The notes under the pieces were generated by a model. That model was not told the origin of the DNA, ran no database searches, and saw nothing but the letters and a program-made list of their open reading frames with translations. From Isurus oxyrinchus (lineage: Eukaryota): a stretch of DNA of 64,000 nucleotides. Numbering within the stretch: the first letter of the stretch is position 1; each line of letters begins with the position of its first letter. Both the position numbers and the translations under genes were made by a program. Positions 62,600-64,000 of this stretch are shown piece by piece. The DNA lies in NCBI GenBank assembly GCA_026770705.1, contig JANJGN010000035.1:7068001-7132000 (forward strand), given 5' to 3'.

Positions 62600-64000
62600 A
62601 ACATTGCAAACAAAGCTGAAAATAAACCAGTTTTACAGGATTTGTGAAAGATGGAGAGAATGGAGAACAGTGTTTAGTAATAAAATTAGAAATAGTTGTT
62701 TATAATAAGATGTGTGACAGTAAATAATAACATAAATGCATTAGTGGGGTTGTTCAGAAGAGTGTTAACTTGAATAAGTAAATCTGGGTATTATGAATGA
62801 TAAGAGTCACAAATCACTAATGAGAGTTGTCTACAGGCAACCCAAGGGCAGTTATATCTTTGGAAAGTACATTAGGCGAAAATATTGATGCTTATAGCAA
62901 TGATTAATTCATGTCTGCGGACTAGAATAATCTTCATATTCAGCAAAATAATCACATTCAAAAGTGTTCTTTACAAGATGTGATGGTAGAATATTTTATT
63001 TCAGAATGCGTTATGGAACAGACTAGTCAAACCTAGATTCGATATTTATATTGGAAAGTAGATATAATGTAACCTAGTTACATTAGATAAACTATTTTGA
63101 AATGAGGAATACTTAATTTATCTTCTCATAAGTAAAATATCCTTTCGTAAAAATGATTATTAAGTAATTTATTTTTATGTTGATATTGAACACGATACAA
63201 CCCAATCACAACGAGAAACTAAGCAAAGCCAACTACATAGGTACAAGTAGAGAATTGGCTGAGGTTAATGCAATAAATGCACTGAAATCTGTCATTACAT
63301 AAACGGTGAAATACTGTTAAAGGAAAAATAAACAATCAAAGCATAAATGAAAGTAAATTTCATTGAGAAACTTAAACGCAGCCAATAATCATTCATCCAT
63401 GGCTTGCTCAGACACTTAAAGATAGTATTAAATCAAACAAAGAGGCGTCTACTGATGCAAAGATTAGTGACAAAGGAAGGGAGTTGTTAAAATAATTGTT
63501 GTTACCTTCGGAGCAGAGACAGGAATTAATTCATTATATATAAACAGTTAAAGTGTAATAGATAATGAAAAAAGTATATGCCCAAAATTCCAAGGCACGA
63601 TGAACAATAATGTGGCAAACTAAGCGAAATTGGTGCAGTGATTTTACACAGTATAGTAAGTTCTGCAAGGCACGATCAACTTGGTTCCTGAAAAAAACAA
63701 GCTACTCATTTGTTGGATGGCATCATTCATTACTAAACAATTGGAATCGGTATTTATGGGCTTCCTAAAACTATACCTAGAACATGAGAGTTTGGTCGGA
63801 TAAAATCAGGACGGTTTTAAGGTAGGCCAAATTTGTTTGTGCTTTTTGGAGTATTTTAGGGGTAGATAAAGCGGAATAGCTCATTGTAGTCTGGTTGGAA
63901 TACCAAAAAGGGATTCGATAATCAGCTATGAGAAATCAGTAATATGGCAGGAAAAAACTTGTGGAGATGTAATTGTGTCAAAGTATTAATTTGGACAACG
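62600..64000 (+). mobile_element. Very old CR1-like ORF2 remnant
   Basis: Endonuclease-like VVYRQP at ~62826 and an RT-like GTAGTCTGGTTGGAATACCAAAAAGGGATTCGATAA at ~63887. Confidence 0.5.

Overview
This is eukaryotic, AT-rich, non-coding-dominated DNA. The repeat content (CR1-type LINEs, Penelope-like GIY-YIG elements with the tail ...GATGCTGCCAGACCTGCTGAGTTTTTCCAG..., SINE and Harbinger remnants) looks like a cartilaginous-fish (shark) genome; that is recognition from memory, not a search result. I see no intact single-exon gene, RNA gene or CRISPR array, and nearly all listed ORFs are chance ORFs, microsatellite ORFs or LINE debris. The main hidden structure is an old tandem array, on the + strand, of a two-exon module: exon A (about 164-173 nt, phase 1->0), a conserved ~3.3 kb intron, then exon B (about 148 nt, phase 0->1). 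There are five clear A-B copies between ~14.3 and ~47.8 kb, plus a divergent B at 7.4 kb and a probable divergent A at 60.0 kb. Three further exon-like segments lie upstream at 4.9-6.1 kb. The encoded peptides are hydrophilic and E/N/Q/S-rich, and I do not recognise the gene. Most copies carry a stop, frameshift or dead splice site, but B4 (42674-42821) and A5 (44161-44327) are open and phase-compatible. The paralogous copies act as internal controls that expose a Penelope insertion with its empty site, a nested CR1-in-CR1, a templated inverted insertion and clustered LINE junctions. Repeat boundaries were set by eye and are approximate.
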